Assembly: GCF_009914755.1 (NCBI RefSeq)
Contig: NC_060933.1
Length of the DNA: 64,000 nucleotides
Reading direction: 5' to 3' (one strand)
DNA from: the human T2T-CHM13v2.0 reference genome, Homo sapiens
A model generated the notes under the pieces. It made no database searches. It was not told where the DNA came from and saw only the letters and a program-made list of their open reading frames with translations. This document shows positions 59,352-64,000 of the stretch, piece by piece (the stretch's first letter is position 1; each line of letters begins with the position of its first letter). A program made the position numbers and the translations under genes.

Positions 59352-60376
59352 GTGAGCCTAATGTCACTTCACTCTCCTTTGCCTCCCTCATTAGCCTTTC
59401 AAGAAAGTTTTCTTTTAAACAAATGAAAACACTCTGCAATGACTATATACTTTATTAATTTATGACTATATAATATTATATACCCATATCCAGACACTTT
59501 TGAAAGCTAAGGGTGTCATTGCCCCCAGCAGCAAGAGGAAACCAGGATTGTGTCCAGCAAACTGAAACACGCCACTTTTTCTAATAGGAAGGGTCATTAT
59601 CCTTGCTCTTAAAGATCCTAGTCCTGAGTATCTTAGGGAAAGGTCAAAGAAATAGCATGGAATAGAGCCATCTTGGAATCTTTTCTTTCCCACATTGTAT
59701 TGCCCAGGAAACCAGGTGTGTCAAACACTTGTACTTGAAACACTGATGTGCTGTCTGCAGAGGGGAGATGATGTAGCTCACATCACAAGTCTTGACCATA
59801 ACTGTTAAGCCTCAGTTCTCATCTTGCTATTTTTAGATATCCTTGCTCCCCATTGCAGCATCTTTGTTGAGATACTATATTTCCATTTTTAATTGATGTT
59901 ATTTTATTCCTTCTAGAGACCCAGTTTCATTTTTCTAGAGGAAGATCACCAAAATGTTATACTTTTAAGCGAAAAAGAGAGATTCATTTAACATGAATTT
60001 GATTCACAGCCAACTTTTCTGAATTATATCCATTCCTTGAAATCTGGTCAAAACTGAAAAGGTGTGATCTGAAAGTCTTCTCCAGGTCTTTGTCAAGCCA
60101 CCATGTGAATGGGAAGCACTCACAGCAGTAAGAGTTCCAGAGTTGTTAAGTGCCAGCTTTCCCATCATTGCTGTATTTAGAACATAGCCGTTATTAAATT
60201 TAATACGGTGATAACATTGTACATAGAGATACCACCCAGTCATGGTACTTACTACCTATGTGATTTCTGCCTGAGGAAATACGCTTAGAAACTTTCACTT
60301 TTCTAAGTCTCACCCATTGTTAGCTCCTCTGATGAGGTAGGGCCTTGTCAATATTATCAATGGAGGCAAAAGCTGA

Positions 60377-60574
<198 letters not shown>

Positions 60575-61477
60575 TGAGAGATTAAAACGAATACCTGAGT
60601 GTTCTGCTTTGTGCAAAATCTTTGAACACGAATCTTTTTAAAATGTGTATATGTAGTTAAAGAAGAAAATCTTTCAAAGATATCTTCTGAAAAACTTAAA
60701 CTTCATATACATTTCGCAGTAAAGATGTTTTAGGGGGAAGAGTGGGTGGATTTTTCTTTTAATCTTTTTTTATTTGTTTTTACTTCTTGGGTGGGAGCAG
60801 CCTGCATTTGAATCTGACTTGAAGTCTAGGTGAAAACACACACACATGAAGTTCTGCCATGAGAGCTTGTCAACACAAGTATATGTCAGTGCAAGTATAT
60901 GTTTGAGCTTTTTCATCCACTGGAAGCTTACTCCTTTTTTTGATCCCAAGTAACTGTTGCATATCTAGCGATCTCTGCCTCTTCACGTGGGTTTCCATAA
61001 TGCCTATCCCTTTCTTTCCCTGTGTTTCTTCTTTTGTTTGGGACATCCTCTCCTCTGTTCCTGCCAAATCTTACCTGTCCTTCAAGGCCAGCTTAAATCT
61101 TATTCTGTTAGGAATCCTTTACTTTCCAGCCTACGAAGCTCCCTGTTCTTCAGTTTGCCAGATGATTTAGTGTCCTGAGTGGGCCTGTAGCCCTTGAAGG
61201 GAAGTTGTCACTTGAGTTGACTTGGTAAGTAGACTCTCAGCTCCCTGAATGCAAGAGCTGAGCAGATAAATAGGCATTTAATATCCTAAATTGAGTGACC
61301 TTGAAATTATTCTTCGATTAAGTGAGAATCTTGGTAAGCCTGAATATAGACACCTAATGGTCTATAACACCTTTAGGTGGGGAAAAACTAAACAGCTCTG
61401 AGGATAGGTTTTTTGTTGCTGTTTTTGTTTTTTTAAATCCATCCCCACATCCTTAGCATCCAAAGGTGTGCATATTA

Positions 61478-61765
<288 letters not shown>

Positions 61766-62198
61766 TCTTAATAAAACGTGTTACAAAGAAGAGAACTGAA
61801 CATGTGAATATGCAGTTGTGAACTAGCAACTTAGGCCTGACCTCTTAACAAACTTTGAAAGTGAATACTTCTTAATCAAAATATGTGTACCATTTGTAAT
61901 CCTAGCCCATTGAAGAGATGACTAAGTTTTGTGAGGTTAGGAGCCAAGTAGTAATGGTCAATTTTCCTGACTCAGTTTATTTTAATGAGCTTTTATCCCT
62001 AAATCTCACTCTCTAAAAGCCTTTGGTTTACGTTGGAAGTATTGGGAGTGAGTCTTTGGGTTAAAATGGCATCAGGATATTAAACATTGTTATAAAGCCC
62101 CAGTCTTTTGTAAGATACACAAAAAGGCATAGAAAATAGTAGAATCTAAGAGAAGCACTTAGTGATTTGATAAGGCCTATAAGAGTAGAGTACCTGAT

Positions 62199-62528
<330 letters not shown>

Positions 62529-62679
62529 CTAGTCATCTTTGCCCTTTGGCTCAAAATGGTAATCAACAGATGGGAATGAAGTCAGAAGAAACTCTACCAT
62601 TTGTCCTTTTCTCCAAAAGGCAGAATTTGTACCAGCCAAAACCGTGAAGATTTCAATGTAGAGATGGGTGTAAAAAAAA

Positions 62680-63140
62680 ATCAGCTATTGCTGTATAACA
62701 GTCCCAGAATCTCAACAGCAGTCAACAGTAAGAATTTATTTCTTACACATCTTCTAGTTGTTTGGGAGGTCAGCCGACCTAGGTGAGCACAGTCAGGAAG
62801 CTCTGCTTTGCACTGCAGTAGCCAGGTTGGGAGCTTACACTGAACCATACATCTGCAGGGCAGCCGGGACAACTCTGTTCCATGTGTGTTTCTTTTGGGG
62901 TCCAAGCTAAAGGAGAAAGCAGCTGTCTTGTGACCACAGAGACTCAAGGGGGCAAGTGAAAACACACAGTATCTCTAAGGCCTAGCTAAGGACCAGCACA
63001 GCATCACTTCTGTTCACGGTGCCATTGATCAAAGCAAATCACATGGTTGAGCCCAAAGCTGGAATGGGGAAATACAGTCCACCCGTCTTCGGTGGAAGTA
63101 ACTTCAAGATTACACCACAAGGGTTTTGATACAGGGAGGG
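62680..63140 (-). mobile_element. Old MLT1 (H/I/J-like) LTR
   Basis: CAGCTATTGCTGTATAACA..CATCACTTCTG..CCATTGATCAAAGCAAATCACATGG. Confidence 0.7.
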
Positions 63141-63792
63141 CAATCAGGTATTTTTAAGAGGCTATTATCTTAACCTAGAAGTATGACTACCTAAAGTTGT
63201 CAAAACAACTATCAGTGGGAGAAATAACTTTTCCATATACAGTGCTGGAAATTGATTAGTGGAGGGAGCAGTTCTTATGAATGTTTAAAAGTTTTAGAAG
63301 GAAATGTATGCGTGTCAGATGTCTTGATGAGACTAAATTTAGAAGCAACGAATGAAACACGGAAAAAAGGTATAGATTTAGTTACTGCAAAGTTAAGAGA
63401 AAATAACTTGAAAAATATGGCAAAGTGTTAATATACTTAATATATGGAGTGTCTATAATCCATTTAGAAAAATAATAGGTCCCTGAAGATAAATGGGCAA
63501 AGGAAAGTGGACATTTCATAATAAAAGGAAATGCAAATGGTAGTAAACAGTATATAAAGGTTTTTCAATCTCACAAGGAATAAAAAAGTAAATATTTGAG
63601 ATGTCATTTTCTTATCAATATAGTTGAGATTAGAAAATATTAATTATGAAGGTGTTATAAGGGAGACACTTTTATACACTGCTGATAGCACTATAAATTA
63701 GAAATGAGGATTAAAGCAATATGTGTTAAGACCTTAGAAATTTCTATATCCTTTGTCCTGGAATTCCTACTTCCAAGCATACCCTTTATATC

Positions 63793-63963
63793 ATTTATTT
63801 ATTTATTTATTTATTTTTTGAGACAGGTTCTCACTCTGTTCCCTAGACCGGGGTGGCGTGATCACAGTCCACTGCAGCCTTGACCTCCTGGGCTTAAGCA
63901 ATCCTCCCACCTCAGCCTTCCGAGTAGCTGTGATCACAGGCATGCACCATTACATCTAGCTAA
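63793..63963 (-). mobile_element. Alu half (right-arm/AluJ-like) with (TTTA)n tail
   Basis: Antisense Alu fragment. Confidence 0.85.
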
Positions 63964-64000
63964 TCTGGATAGCTGACTTCAGAAAAAGCTTAATGGCCAA

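Overview
Primate, very probably human, genomic DNA; not prokaryotic. The only protein-coding gene is the 5' part of ACO1 (cytosolic aconitase / iron regulatory protein 1, IRP1) on the + strand. It has a CpG-island promoter and non-coding exon 1 (~36543-36635), a ~20.8-kb intron 1, and coding exons 2-4 (57405-57523, 59183-59351, 60436-60573; codons 1-134 plus two bases of codon 135). The gene continues beyond the window. The rest is mostly interspersed repeats: Alu, L1, MaLR LTRs, a HERV-L remnant, an old two-LTR class III provirus, a MER11 solo LTR and DNA-transposon fossils. Repeat subfamily names are recalled from memory, not searched, and most repeat boundaries are approximate. Most ORF-track entries are repeat-derived noise. 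I see no evidence for a wholly new biological system. The best leads are: (1) exons 2-4 would back-splice into a 426-nt circle with a stop-free, endlessly repeating IRP1 frame; (2) a 27-bp AT minisatellite built from perfect 24-bp palindromes; (3) four local templated duplications upstream of ACO1; (4) an env-TM remnant in an ERV-L-type provirus; (5) a MYC-type G-quadruplex in the promoter; (6) small template-switch scars that created triple AP-1 and triple TCF/LEF motifs.
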